Of a stretch of DNA of 64,000 bases, positions 26,375 to 36,837 are shown in pieces. Within the stretch, counting starts at the first letter, position 1, and each line of letters begins with the position of its first letter. Source of the stretch: a virus; IMG/VR virus record IMGVR_UViG_3300013131_000021. One strand, given 5' to 3'. Below the pieces are notes generated by a model that was given only the letters and a program-made list of their open reading frames with translations, was not told the DNA's origin and searched no databases. Made by a program: the position numbers and the translations under genes.

Positions 26375-26985
26375 TTGTATTCTATTATATAATTTTTAAA
26401 TAAACGTCTAGTATAAACACTGAAGTTTTCGTATGCAAAAGGAAAAGTTTTATAATTTCCTATTAACTCATTAATAGTGCAATATATAACTTGATAAGGT
26501 ACATTAGGATCATTATAATCTGTTATATAAAATATCATATTTGTATCTCCCGACCATATAATATTTCTTTTTTTATAAGGTTCTATGGGATCTTTAGTTC
26601 CACCTATTTCTTTTGATAATTCTATTTTTAAAAGATTTTTTTTCTTATGATGAGAAATATACACATCGGCATTTTTACAATCTGAAAATTTTAAAATTGG
26701 TACTCTATGTAAAACATCATCAATCTTATAAACAGATCTCGTTTGAGATATTTCTAGTGTATTTGAATTTATATCTACTACACAAGAATTGATCTGTATT
26801 TCCGATTTAATAATCGATTCGGCTAAATCGGCATCAATTGGAATCTTATGTTTTTCATTTTCAAAAGCATGAGCCGGCCCAACACTTTTAACTTTACCTG
26901 TTTCAAAGTTAAAAACTGCTACATATTCAACAGGAGGTAATTGCAAATTACTGATCCATTGATCAAAATCTTTTATTTCTTCCAT
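26371..26985 (-). CDS. hypothetical protein (204 aa)
   Basis: Coupled ORF between glycosyltransferase genes. Confidence 0.65.
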   Translation of the reverse strand: MEEIKDFDQWISNLQLPPVEYVAVFNFETGKVKSVGPAHAFENEKHKIPIDADLAESIIKSEIQINSCVVDINSNTLEISQTRSVYKIDDVLHRVPILKFSDCKNADVYISHHKKKNLLKIELSKEIGGTKDPIEPYKKRNIIWSGDTNMIFYITDYNDPNVPYQVIYCTINELIGNYKTFPFAYENFSVYTRRLFKNYIIEYK

Positions 26986-27809
26986 AATATTTTCTCTAAG
27001 ATATGAATCATTTCTTCAGTAATTTTATTTTTTTCTACGTAATGAAAAATGTCTGACTGCTGATAATTTCCTATTTTTAATTGTCCTTTTTTATTGAAAT
27101 AAAATCCTACATGATCGCTCCAACAATCAGACGGCCACGGCCAGCATTGTATCATTGGTTTCATATGTACTATTCTTGGAAATTCTAAAGGATATGCTAT
27201 TTCGTCTTCGATTCCTAATATTTTTGCACTCAGAGCAAATGCCTCGTCAGTTCCCATTATTTTTGGTTTATATTCTGATAAAAATAAATTAGTAAATTCT
27301 ATTGGATTATTAGTTATGTCTCTTGCTAGATCAAAAAATTTATTTGCTAATTTACTGTCCTTTTTATAAAAGGTAAACATAGAATATAAATTTGGTAAAT
27401 TGTTTTTTATAAATGCTTTTCTATAGTAAGGATCATAAATTAATTCTCCCCTATATGTATAACATTTATTAGCAACATATAATTCACAATTCTCAAGAAA
27501 ATAATCTATCCAATGACTATAATCTCTTAAAAAAAGCATGTCTACATCAAGACATATTGTAGCGTCAAATGGACTTAATTGATCCATCCAACTTCTTCCA
27601 TTCCATCCGATTTGTTCATTCCACTCTATTATATGATCAAACACCCAATGACTTTTTAATTTTATATTTGCTTTTTTATCTATTATTAAAGCGACCTGAT
27701 CATATCCAGGTCTCTGGGTATTTTTAATACTTAGAGCCAGTGCATATGCTAATTTTAAATAATCTGTATTTTCGTTAGATGAAACTACTAGTAAATATCC
27801 GAATTTCAT
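26973..27809 (-). CDS. GT-A glycosyltransferase (GT8/GT34-like)
   Basis: YLKLAYALALSIK, SPFDATICLDVDMLF (DxD), MGTDEAF, IVHMK. Confidence 0.7.
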   Translation of the reverse strand: MKFGYLLVVSSNENTDYLKLAYALALSIKNTQRPGYDQVALIIDKKANIKLKSHWVFDHIIEWNEQIGWNGRSWMDQLSPFDATICLDVDMLFLRDYSHWIDYFLENCELYVANKCYTYRGELIYDPYYRKAFIKNNLPNLYSMFTFYKKDSKLANKFFDLARDITNNPIEFTNLFLSEYKPKIMGTDEAFALSAKILGIEDEIAYPLEFPRIVHMKPMIQCWPWPSDCWSDHVGFYFNKKGQLKIGNYQQSDIFHYVEKNKITEEMIHILEKILWKK

Positions 27810-28666
27810 ATTAATTTCAATAACTTATCTTTATTTCTGACTATACTTTGCTTGTTCATTATATGAATATCAACTCCCGATATAGATGCTAGACAATAAT
27901 CTGAATCTAATCTTGGCGTTATCAACGCTTGTAAATTATTTGATTTTACATCAAATAATATATCTTTATCTAATAATGTCAAAATTGGAGGTAAATCTCC
28001 TGATTGACTTTCTTCAAATCCATTTAATATGTGTTTGGCTATACTAAAAGCAATATCATTTCTATACTGTCTCTCATCAAATCTAAAAGTGTCTGCAAAA
28101 TATTGATAATTGTTTTTTATAGTGTTTACTAGATCAAAAAATATTTTACTATTTTGATTCTTAGTGAACATCACAGTTGTAGCCCAATACAATTTAACCC
28201 CGACATCTGAAATGAACTTATCGTGATATCCCAACCTTGAATCCGCATATATGTCATTGATCGAATTTCCTAACATTACATCTATTTCAACATTCCAATA
28301 TTGAGATAATCTGTTTGAAAATATTAAAAAATCGCTGTCTATTAATAATGTACGATCGTAAGGAGTTAGATCCCAAGCAGAGCATCTATTTGTATTAATA
28401 AAAGAAACAGTTTCATTATCGGTTCCATCATATAATCTTCTACTATTATAATCGTCGGGTCTTTCGACGACAATGATATTTTCAAATGTATCTTTTGTTT
28501 GTTCGTATATGTTTGAAAGTTTCATCCATTCTATTGTCGACGTATCTGTAACTATCGAAACAGGCACATTTAAATTTTTCTTGGCTAAATTTGCTGATAT
28601 TAGAGAAATTACCGCATAATCTAAAGATTTGCTATTATGTGCATATATGAGAATACCTTTTTTCAT
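27806..28666 (-). CDS. GT-A glycosyltransferase-like protein
   Basis: KGILIYA, TPYDRTLLIDSDFLI (DxD), YRNDIAFSIA; paralogous to the adjacent gene. Confidence 0.65.
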   Translation of the reverse strand: MKKGILIYAHNSKSLDYAVISLISANLAKKNLNVPVSIVTDTSTIEWMKLSNIYEQTKDTFENIIVVERPDDYNSRRLYDGTDNETVSFINTNRCSAWDLTPYDRTLLIDSDFLIFSNRLSQYWNVEIDVMLGNSINDIYADSRLGYHDKFISDVGVKLYWATTVMFTKNQNSKIFFDLVNTIKNNYQYFADTFRFDERQYRNDIAFSIAKHILNGFEESQSGDLPPILTLLDKDILFDVKSNNLQALITPRLDSDYCLASISGVDIHIMNKQSIVRNKDKLLKLI

Positions 28667-29013
28667 TATTCTACTAACGTTTCTACTGATCTACTTTTTT
28701 TAAGTTTTTGATTTTCTTCGAAGTATTCGTATGTCACTTCAAAATACCTACTGGAAATTTCTTCTTTAAATGAAATCAAATTATCTATAAGAACTGGATT
28801 TTTATTTGAATCAAGCAACACTACACCGGAAATCCGATTATTATTGCATAGCATGTCTACAAAAGATAACAGATTGGTATCTATATAAAACATACCTCCG
28901 TTAAATCCAAAAGTTAATTTAGATTCGCATTTTTCTTTAAGGATTTTTTTTTGAATTGAAAAGGTGTGTTGATAGTTTGAAAACTCTAAGGCTTTCTTTA
29001 ATTGCTCTTGCAC
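28666..29013 (-). CDS. hypothetical protein, first gene of the late GT/rSAM operon
   Basis: GTG start with AAGGAG RBS; motif FNGGMFYI. Confidence 0.65.
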   Translation of the reverse strand: MQEQLKKALEFSNYQHTFSIQKKILKEKCESKLTFGFNGGMFYIDTNLLSFVDMLCNNNRISGVVLLDSNKNPVLIDNLISFKEEISSRYFEVTYEYFEENQKLKKSRSVETLVE

Positions 29014-29040
29014 GGTTTCTCCTTAATTATATACGCAGAT

Positions 29041-29046
29041 TATTTA
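29041..29046 (-). promoter_or_regulatory. late promoter TAAATA
   Basis: Intergenic, 27 nt before the GTG at 29013. Confidence 0.55.
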
Positions 29047-29073
29047 GCGTAGCATAATTATGAGGAAAAATTA

Positions 29074-30090
29074 TTATGGTGCTATAGCACTTAGCGTTAT
29101 GGTTGGAATAGAGACAGTGAAATTTCCTGTGCCTGAAGGTACTAATACTCCAGATGCATAGGTAATTGTAAGTGAAGTTGTAAATAAACCATCTACTTGA
29201 TCAATTGGCGGTATAGTCGATGGAGTATGTGGAGGTACTGCTGGATCAATATAGTTATCAACAAATTCTACTCGTATTTCGCCCGACTTTGATGTTCCAG
29301 TGCTATTACCAGCGACATCAGTAACTCTGGCTAATAATCTATAACTGTTTGATCCGTACGGACTTGATCCTGACCTAGAATAGTATTGCTGAAAACTATT
29401 AGTGCATCTATACCAATTAGTTCCGTCATTTGGAGATGTTCCTGTACCTGGATTATTTCCGCCGAAACTCTGAGAACCGGCACCACTTAAAATTGTTGTC
29501 CACTGGGTTGCCTGAGATGTACCTAATGACCCTCCACTTCTGCTGCTGGCTATGTTAATCTGGCCACCACTGTTAAAAAAATGTCTAGCGGCATTAGCAG
29601 TTGCGAATGTAAAACCTACAGTACATTGAATTTTAGTATTCCATGTAGCGCCATATGGGCCCGCGGGTGTGCCCGGAGGAGGGGTTGGACCTGGCCAATT
29701 TGTTGAAGTAGTGTAAGGATTCCCCGATATTGGATCTGTTGAATTTATAGAAGATTGTCCTACACCCACATTAAATCTATTACTTACTAAATTATTAGCT
29801 AATGTATCATAAGTTGTAACCGGAGCATCGACAGCACTGAATCGTATTCTACCGCCTTCGGATATGGTTACAGTTGCCGGTGTGGTTCCATTTTGATGTA
29901 CATATGCGTTAATTATATCATATCTTAAATTAGCCCATTCGTTTATACTGACCTTGTTGCCTACGGCCACTGCTGTACTAAGAATAGTTTGTCCATACCC
30001 AGAATTTCCAGAACCGACACTCATTACACCAATAACTTTATTTCTTATTGAGTTGTAATCTGCTTCTTTAATGATATCATTTACAGCCAT
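29074..30090 (-). CDS. putative virion structural/fibre-associated protein
   Basis: Paralogue of 30126-31043 (GYGQT, W..LRYDIIN, ARHFFNSGG.I, PPHTPST..PIDQVDG); Ser/Thr/Gly-rich. Confidence 0.6.
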   Translation of the reverse strand: MAVNDIIKEADYNSIRNKVIGVMSVGSGNSGYGQTILSTAVAVGNKVSINEWANLRYDIINAYVHQNGTTPATVTISEGGRIRFSAVDAPVTTYDTLANNLVSNRFNVGVGQSSINSTDPISGNPYTTSTNWPGPTPPPGTPAGPYGATWNTKIQCTVGFTFATANAARHFFNSGGQINIASSRSGGSLGTSQATQWTTILSGAGSQSFGGNNPGTGTSPNDGTNWYRCTNSFQQYYSRSGSSPYGSNSYRLLARVTDVAGNSTGTSKSGEIRVEFVDNYIDPAVPPHTPSTIPPIDQVDGLFTTSLTITYASGVLVPSGTGNFTVSIPTITLSAIAP

Positions 30091-30114
30091 TTAGTCCTCT
30101 GATTTACAAAGTTG

Positions 30115-30120
30115 TATTTA
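30115..30120 (-). promoter_or_regulatory. late promoter TAAATA
   Basis: Intergenic, 24 nt before ATG 30090; GAGG RBS in between. Confidence 0.55.
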
Positions 30121-30125
30121 AACTT

Positions 30126-31043
30126 TTAAGTAGTGGTGATGCTTGAAAGAGAATAGCTAGGACTTGTAATCGCGAATGTTCCAGAAGGTACCATAGTTCC
30201 GGATGCTTTCAATTCAGATACTGAGATAGTTAAAGTTCCGTCTACTTGGTCTATTGGTAATACCGTCGATGGTGTATGAGGTGCTACGGCTGGGTCGACA
30301 TATAAATCCGATAATGTAATTCTCAAATACACTGTTGTGGCTGTACCTGACGAGTTATTTACAACATTACATCTAGCCTGTAATCTATAATTATTCGATG
30401 AATACGGAGTACTCAAATTAATTTGATAATACGTTTGATAACTATTAGTTAGTGTATAAAAATTAATAGACGGATCTGTGTCAGAACCAAAAGATCTAGA
30501 TCCCGATGTATTAAGTATATTTTTCCACGCATTTACTTGTGAGGTAGGTGATCCGCCTGTTATAGATGATATTACATTAATCTTACCACCGCTATTAAAA
30601 AAGTATCTAGCAAGATCTGATGATGCGAATGTAGCTGTTAATTCACATTGGGCAAGATTGGTCCATGTAGCCGATGTTGTAGCAGAACTTATCGAAGATA
30701 CTACAGATTGACTAGCTGCTATTACAAACTTGTTAGTAATGGCTGTTTCTAATAACGTGTCATAACTTACTATCGGATAACTAGCTCCATAACCGATTAA
30801 ATCACCAGATTGTACTTCTTGGACAGTCGGCACAATACCAGTCTGATGATATCTTATATTAATAATATCATATCTCAAAGCATCCCATTGTGCTTTGGTG
30901 ATTTGATTTCCTGTGAAGACATCAGCAGACTGAACAGTCTGACCATATCCTCTGGTTGTAGATCCGGAACCTAATAAAGACTCGGCTTTATTTTGTAGAG
31001 TTACAAAATCAGAAGCTAATATTTGAGAACCTGAACTGGGCAT
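30126..31043 (-). CDS. putative virion structural/fibre-associated protein
   Basis: Paralogue of 29074-30090. Confidence 0.6.
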   Translation of the reverse strand: MPSSGSQILASDFVTLQNKAESLLGSGSTTRGYGQTVQSADVFTGNQITKAQWDALRYDIINIRYHQTGIVPTVQEVQSGDLIGYGASYPIVSYDTLLETAITNKFVIAASQSVVSSISSATTSATWTNLAQCELTATFASSDLARYFFNSGGKINVISSITGGSPTSQVNAWKNILNTSGSRSFGSDTDPSINFYTLTNSYQTYYQINLSTPYSSNNYRLQARCNVVNNSSGTATTVYLRITLSDLYVDPAVAPHTPSTVLPIDQVDGTLTISVSELKASGTMVPSGTFAITSPSYSLSSITTT

Positions 31044-31045
31044 AA

Positions 31046-32842
31046 TTATAAAATTACTGCTTCAATTAATTTTTCGTCGATGTTATCGCTAGATTCTAAA
31101 GCAATAGCAAAAACATCGCTGGAATGATGAACCGCTGCTACAGCGCACCCATCGGTTGAAGCAATTAATTTGTCTCCTTTCTTAATAACTCCAAATACCC
31201 TTACAGGCACCCTACCTTTAAGAGCTACATATACACCACCCTCGAGATCTTTATTCATCATAAAGGCTGGATTTTGACTTATAGCACCTATAGCTCGTTG
31301 CCCCCAAGTGCTTGCTGTTATTTCTTTATCACCACCGATCACTACAACAGTACCTACAGGATATTCCTTATCTGATAGATACTTTTCAGCAAGGTCGGCA
31401 TATTTTGCAGCCGTTGCTGTACCGTCAAAAATATTAGCTAATAAATTTCCACTTGCATCACGAGCTGCAATAGTATAAGCAGTTTTAGTAGTTTTTGCTG
31501 ATCTATATTGTGTACTTGCTGTTGCACCATTCCAAGCCGGATCAGTAGCAGCATCATTGATTCTCATTCTATCAGTTTTATCTGAGATCCCTATAAACTG
31601 ATTGGCATATATATTTCCGCTGGTATCTCTCACCGGTATAGTAGCCACTGCTGTTCCTGGAATAGCGATAGACGGATCAAGATCGTTTAATTTACTAGCG
31701 TTTGTTGCAGTAGCAGACGACCCAGTAACCGAGCCTGTAAGAGTTCCGACTAAGTTTGCCCCAGCATATCCAATCTGCTTAGTTGTTGCGTTTATCATAA
31801 CAGTATTGTCTGAAGCTAAAAGATTGCCTGTATGTATACCGTTAGTATTTCCTGTTACGTTTCCAGCTAAATTACCTGTGAACAAACTTGCATAAACATT
31901 GTTCCATTTAGAGTTTGTAGCGCCTAGAGAGTAGACATTGTCATTTCCCGGTACTAGACCATTGCTTGTTATAACAGCTATATCTCTTTCATCACTAGTT
32001 TCAACTACTGTGATTCTAAAAGTAATAGGATTTCCTAATCTATTTTCAACTATTACATCATCGCCATTTTCTACTCTAATACGAAGATCATTTCCGTCGC
32101 CGACTTGAAATCCTGGATCTCCGAAAGAAACTTCCGATGAAAAATTATTCTCGCCTACTCTGATATATTGATCGGCCTCAAATCCTCCCAATTTATTAGC
32201 ATTTTGAGATGTTCCCCACATCACATAATCATCTGTAGAAATACCCGAAGCAGACTTTGCTAAAGTAAATCCTTTCTTAATAACGCTGAAATCTTCAATT
32301 GGATTTTGTGAATTATCTAGTGTGAAAGCAACCTTACTGAATATACCAATAACTTTGTTATCAGCTAATATTTTTAAAATAGTATGCGGTCCTACTGAAG
32401 TAGATATTGTACCTTTAACTACAGCAGCGGATACTGTAGAAGATCCTAAATCAGGACTTGCTTCTGGCCCTACTAAAGTAAATTCTGTTCCTGACCATGC
32501 ATAAAGTTGTTTTGCTGAAGAATCCCACCAAAAGTCTCCGGTTGATAAACCGCTAGGCGCTGTTGTGCCTACTTCTGCACCGCCAGCGACTTTGAATCTC
32601 GATCCGTCATAAAATTTGAGTTTTTTAGAACTAGAATCGTACCACACCTGGCCAGTAATAACCTTAGGAGGAGGTGTAGTATTGGAAAAACTTTCTAGCA
32701 AATGTAAAAAATTTTCATTTTGTACTTCGCCATAACCTGCGTAATTTTTACCGACAAAACGCAAGTCTGTAGTTGTATCTATAGTACCGTCAGCTACTGA
32801 AACTAAAAAAGTTCCATTAAATTTGTCTACTTGATATGCCAT
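31046..32842 (-). CDS. tail fibre protein with chaperone-like C-terminal domain
   Basis: Shared N-terminal MAY..K..G...DG.ID....GKNY.GYGE..NENF..LLE.F. Gly/Asn/Thr-rich shaft (GNLAGNVTGN). C-terminal YADLAE...NPAF.MN...ALKGRVP domain. Confidence 0.7.
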   Translation of the reverse strand: MAYQVDKFNGTFLVSVADGTIDTTTDLRFVGKNYAGYGEVQNENFLHLLESFSNTTPPPKVITGQVWYDSSSKKLKFYDGSRFKVAGGAEVGTTAPSGLSTGDFWWDSSAKQLYAWSGTEFTLVGPEASPDLGSSTVSAAVVKGTISTSVGPHTILKILADNKVIGIFSKVAFTLDNSQNPIEDFSVIKKGFTLAKSASGISTDDYVMWGTSQNANKLGGFEADQYIRVGENNFSSEVSFGDPGFQVGDGNDLRIRVENGDDVIVENRLGNPITFRITVVETSDERDIAVITSNGLVPGNDNVYSLGATNSKWNNVYASLFTGNLAGNVTGNTNGIHTGNLLASDNTVMINATTKQIGYAGANLVGTLTGSVTGSSATATNASKLNDLDPSIAIPGTAVATIPVRDTSGNIYANQFIGISDKTDRMRINDAATDPAWNGATASTQYRSAKTTKTAYTIAARDASGNLLANIFDGTATAAKYADLAEKYLSDKEYPVGTVVVIGGDKEITASTWGQRAIGAISQNPAFMMNKDLEGGVYVALKGRVPVRVFGVIKKGDKLIASTDGCAVAAVHHSSDVFAIALESSDNIDEKLIEAVIL

Positions 32843-32869
32843 AATTTAAATCCAATAAATGTTTAGTAA

Positions 32870-32877
32870 TATTTATC
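32870..32877 (-). promoter_or_regulatory. late promoter GATAAATA
   Basis: Intergenic, 27 nt before ATG 32842. Confidence 0.55.
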
Positions 32878-32890
32878 TACACATAAAATA

Positions 32891-34990
32891 TTAATTTCTT
32901 CCTACCAAAATCTCAATAATTCCGTCGTTTCCATCAAAATCTTCTAAAGCTTTTCCTACAATTGTACCTATTTGTAGGCTAGAAGCTGGTCTAGCATATC
33001 CACTTCCGCCGGAAACTAGCATATCTCCTTTTTTGATTTTACCTCTAACTTTGCAGGGAGTTCTGCCTTGTAGTGCTATTGCAACAACATGATCCCCACT
33101 ACAATCCGAATTCATCAGAAAAGCTGGATTAGTAGAAACTACCCCAGCTAATCTATTTGTACCATCCTGTGCTAAAGTAACTTCGTACAATCCTCCGATT
33201 TCAAGAACGGTGCCCGGTCCGTAATCTTGATCTGCAACATAATTTTCTGCTAAATCTGCATATCTGGCCGAAGTAGCAGTACCTCTAAACAAGCCTGTAG
33301 TTTCTACATCATTGAATCCCATATCCAGATACTTATTCATTACCCATTTATTACCTGTGTTTGAATACAATAGAGATGCATTCGCACCATTAATATAAAC
33401 TCCAGCACCGTTAGCCTCAGATGCTGTAGATGCAGTGCTAGCAAGATTTATCATCTTGTCTTCAATAGTTAATTCTGTCGAATTAATTGCTGTTAGATTA
33501 CCCTGAACAGTTAAATCACCAGTTATAATAAAATTGCCGTCAGCTGTGATAGACGAGCCCGAAGAAGGTTCTATCGTATTAGTTTCTACTTTTGAACCTA
33601 AGAAATTATTAGCATAAACATTATTAAATTTACCTCCTACTATACCTAAATTAGTAATGTTATCTGCTACTATCGATGGAGCATTTAAACCTCCCATAGA
33701 AAGTGCGGTAGAGGCGTTAACTATTGATAAATCAGGTCCAGTATTCCCTATATCAAATTTAAGTTTTCCAGTAAATGATTTTATCGTTGGTGTGCCCATT
33801 GATAAAAACATTTTCATTTCGTTTCCTGATCCTACACTGATACCTTGATCAGCTACGTTGAGATTAATTAAAGTGCCTACTGATGTTAAACTTGATATAA
33901 GAACAGTAGCATTTAATGTATTTCCAGTTAACGTTCCGGCTGCTGCAGGAATCGTTACATCATCGGATCCATCAAAATCTACACCATTAATTTTTACAGC
34001 ATTTTCAAACCTCGATGCAGTTGCAGCATTACCGGATAATGAAGCCCCTATGAAAGAATTAGCTTCAACAATATTAAAAGAACTAGTACCTGATTCTGTA
34101 GTAATATTTCCTGTTACATTTCCTACTAGGTCGGCAAATATTGTTCCAGCTGAAAACCCACCTTCGCTATTTCTTGCTACAACTTTTCCTATAACATTAG
34201 CTGAAGTAGCATCAACTGACCATGTAATTTGTGATGATCCGTCGAAATCTGAGCCTAATATATAAGTACCTTTGACCAACTTATTTGTTGTGGATGCTTT
34301 TATCGTTATATTTTGTTGACCATCGAAAGCAGTTCCGTTAATTAATCTTGGAGTGGCTAATCTGGTTGAATTTTCTGCATTACCTGTAATAGAACCTTTT
34401 ACTTTAGAAGTATTTGATAAATTTATACCAACAATAATGTTTTCACTGATATTAGGTATAAGAGCTTCGTTAGCGATAGTAAACGCAGTAGATGAAATTA
34501 TTCCAATTAATGATCCATCACTTTCAAGAAATATAACTGCTCTATCTTCTCCGGTAGTATCTCTCAATAATCCTGCTCTAGCTCTAGTAGATCCGTATCC
34601 GGGGATAGATTCAGGACCAATAAATGCCCACCCGCTAGGTGTGCGAACATGCAGAGTATTATCTACAGTTCTTAACCATAACGAACCATTAGTAAAATTT
34701 GTTGGGGGTGTAGCCGATAGTCCAGCTGATCCTACTACTGACCAATCATCTCCTGTGTAAACATGTAATAATCTCGATGTTGAGTTATACCAAAGTTGAC
34801 CTTGTAATGGGCGAGAAGGAGGTGCATCGTTGTTGAAATTTTCTAAAAGATAGACAAAATTTTCGTTTTGAGTTTCACCGTAACCAACATAGTTTCTACC
34901 AACTAATCCCAAACTAGTTGATGTGTCGATAGTACCATCTTCTAGGACCAACAGTTGTTGTCCATTGAACTTATTAATTATATACGCCAT
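32891..34990 (-). CDS. tail fibre protein with chaperone-like C-terminal domain
   Basis: Same N-terminal and YADLAE C-terminal domains as 31046-32842; repeated INGxxFDG motifs typical of fibres. Confidence 0.7.
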   Translation of the reverse strand: MAYIINKFNGQQLLVLEDGTIDTSTSLGLVGRNYVGYGETQNENFVYLLENFNNDAPPSRPLQGQLWYNSTSRLLHVYTGDDWSVVGSAGLSATPPTNFTNGSLWLRTVDNTLHVRTPSGWAFIGPESIPGYGSTRARAGLLRDTTGEDRAVIFLESDGSLIGIISSTAFTIANEALIPNISENIIVGINLSNTSKVKGSITGNAENSTRLATPRLINGTAFDGQQNITIKASTTNKLVKGTYILGSDFDGSSQITWSVDATSANVIGKVVARNSEGGFSAGTIFADLVGNVTGNITTESGTSSFNIVEANSFIGASLSGNAATASRFENAVKINGVDFDGSDDVTIPAAAGTLTGNTLNATVLISSLTSVGTLINLNVADQGISVGSGNEMKMFLSMGTPTIKSFTGKLKFDIGNTGPDLSIVNASTALSMGGLNAPSIVADNITNLGIVGGKFNNVYANNFLGSKVETNTIEPSSGSSITADGNFIITGDLTVQGNLTAINSTELTIEDKMINLASTASTASEANGAGVYINGANASLLYSNTGNKWVMNKYLDMGFNDVETTGLFRGTATSARYADLAENYVADQDYGPGTVLEIGGLYEVTLAQDGTNRLAGVVSTNPAFLMNSDCSGDHVVAIALQGRTPCKVRGKIKKGDMLVSGGSGYARPASSLQIGTIVGKALEDFDGNDGIIEILVGRN

Positions 34991-35009
34991 TTATCTTGCT
35001 CCTATTCTA

Positions 35010-36824
35010 TTATGGCGGTAAGACTGTGTCAGACGTCCACGTCCAAGATCCTGCAATAATAGTAAAAATTTTAATTATTCTTGTGGTGCTAACTGAAGCG
35101 CCGGGGATATTAGCAACCGGAAACGAAACGTTTGTTAGCGCATTGGATGTATTTCCTACTAAATCGGTTAAAAAGGAAGCAGTGGAAAAAGACGGTGGTA
35201 GTGAATTGATATCTAAGGAAGTACTAGAATTGCTGATTAACGAACATAAAATTCTTGCCAATGTTCCATTTCTATATTCAGCTACTGGTGCAAGATTATT
35301 TAAAATATTGTTTATTATGTACGTATTAGATTTACCGTCTGATAAATCAATGCTTAGAACTATGCTTCTAGTTTCTATAGTATTATCTATATATTCTTTT
35401 GTAGCAGCGTCTTGCGCAGCTATAGGATCTGCCATACCTGTAATTCTAGGACTGCCTAACAGTGATACGTTGCCTGTCCCGTCAGGAGATAATTCTATAT
35501 CATAATTACTTGAAACTGTAGAAATTCTATGATTTTGTAATCGCATTTCTACTACCGGTGGTGCGCCTGGTCCTATATTAACCACATTCTGTGCACCAAA
35601 AGATGTAACACCAGGAATACTAGTAATAGCAGATCCGAGGCTGTTTCCGTTAATTACTAGTGTACTACCTATATAAAGAGCCTTACCAGATCCTAAATTT
35701 AAGCTTTCGGAAACATCTAACCAATTGTCTGCTTGAGAATAATTTATTGTTTTGTCAATAGTACCTTTTATTCTTATTCCGGCACCGTCAGCAGTGATAT
35801 CAGTTGGACTAGATACATTAGCTATTGTTATTTCTTTATCTTCCACTGTCACGTTGGCGGTATTAATCGTAGTTGTAGTTCCTTCCACGGTCAAATTTCC
35901 ATCTACTACTAAATTTCCGCCAGTGCGAACAGTGCTAGTAGGAAAATCTCCATATAGTTCTATGGTTCTACTAGCTGACTCAATATTAATAGCACTTTCT
36001 TGATTAATACCTTTTCTAACATTTAATATTAAATTTTTATCGCTAGCAGAATTAGAAACAAGAACGTCTCCAGAATTAACAAATAGTCCCATCTGGCCAG
36101 CAGATCCTACAATTATACCTAAATCAGTCGTTATACTAAGTTGACCATTTATAGCGTTTGACGTATCTGTTCTTACATAGTTTGACGCTAACGCCCCTCC
36201 GAGTTTGTCTGAATTAGTGGCTGTGACATTAAACTTTAACCCGGAAAGCGTGCCTGCATTAAATCCTGGCTCTATACTCCCGCTATATCCTATGATTTCA
36301 ATCTTGGGAGTAAAAGAATCCTTAGAAAATATTCCTAACAATATACCATTATTATATAATGATGTAATAACTCTTGTTTGATTTAAGGTATCTAATATAC
36401 TATCAACTTTTAATCCGCTTAATCCTTGTGTTGTTGAATATGCTGGTCCGATCAATATAGGTGACGTCCCATTAAAAAAATAAAGTTGAGAAGCCGCATC
36501 ATTCCACCATAAGTCTCCAATAGATAATGTTTCAGGTTGTGTGGTAGAAATCGTTGCTGAGCTAACCGGAATAAAAGTTAATCCGTTATAAACTTTAAGT
36601 TTATTTTCAGAACTGTCAAACCATATTTGGCCCACTATAGGATGAATAGGTTGAGTGGTGCTAGCAAAATTTTCTAGAATCTTTATTAAATTTTCGTTTA
36701 AAGCTTCACCAAATCCGCTATAATTTTTTCCAATCAATGTAATATCGGTCGACAAGGTATCGATTTGACCGTCTGCTACCGTTGCTACAATTGTTCCATC
36801 AGTTTTATTAATTTGATATGCCAT
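35010..36824 (-). CDS. tail fibre protein
   Basis: Shared N-terminal domain; GNLVVDGNLTVEG fibre repeats; ADPIAAQDAATKEYID motif. Confidence 0.7.
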   Translation of the reverse strand: MAYQINKTDGTIVATVADGQIDTLSTDITLIGKNYSGFGEALNENLIKILENFASTTQPIHPIVGQIWFDSSENKLKVYNGLTFIPVSSATISTTQPETLSIGDLWWNDAASQLYFFNGTSPILIGPAYSTTQGLSGLKVDSILDTLNQTRVITSLYNNGILLGIFSKDSFTPKIEIIGYSGSIEPGFNAGTLSGLKFNVTATNSDKLGGALASNYVRTDTSNAINGQLSITTDLGIIVGSAGQMGLFVNSGDVLVSNSASDKNLILNVRKGINQESAINIESASRTIELYGDFPTSTVRTGGNLVVDGNLTVEGTTTTINTANVTVEDKEITIANVSSPTDITADGAGIRIKGTIDKTINYSQADNWLDVSESLNLGSGKALYIGSTLVINGNSLGSAITSIPGVTSFGAQNVVNIGPGAPPVVEMRLQNHRISTVSSNYDIELSPDGTGNVSLLGSPRITGMADPIAAQDAATKEYIDNTIETRSIVLSIDLSDGKSNTYIINNILNNLAPVAEYRNGTLARILCSLISNSSTSLDINSLPPSFSTASFLTDLVGNTSNALTNVSFPVANIPGASVSTTRIIKIFTIIAGSWTWTSDTVLPP

Positions 36825-36837
36825 GATAAAAACCTAA

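Noticed and set aside
29032-29051. TACGC/GCGTA inverted repeat flanking the TAAATA motif
   Set aside because: Only a 5-bp stem, too weak to call a regulatory structure.
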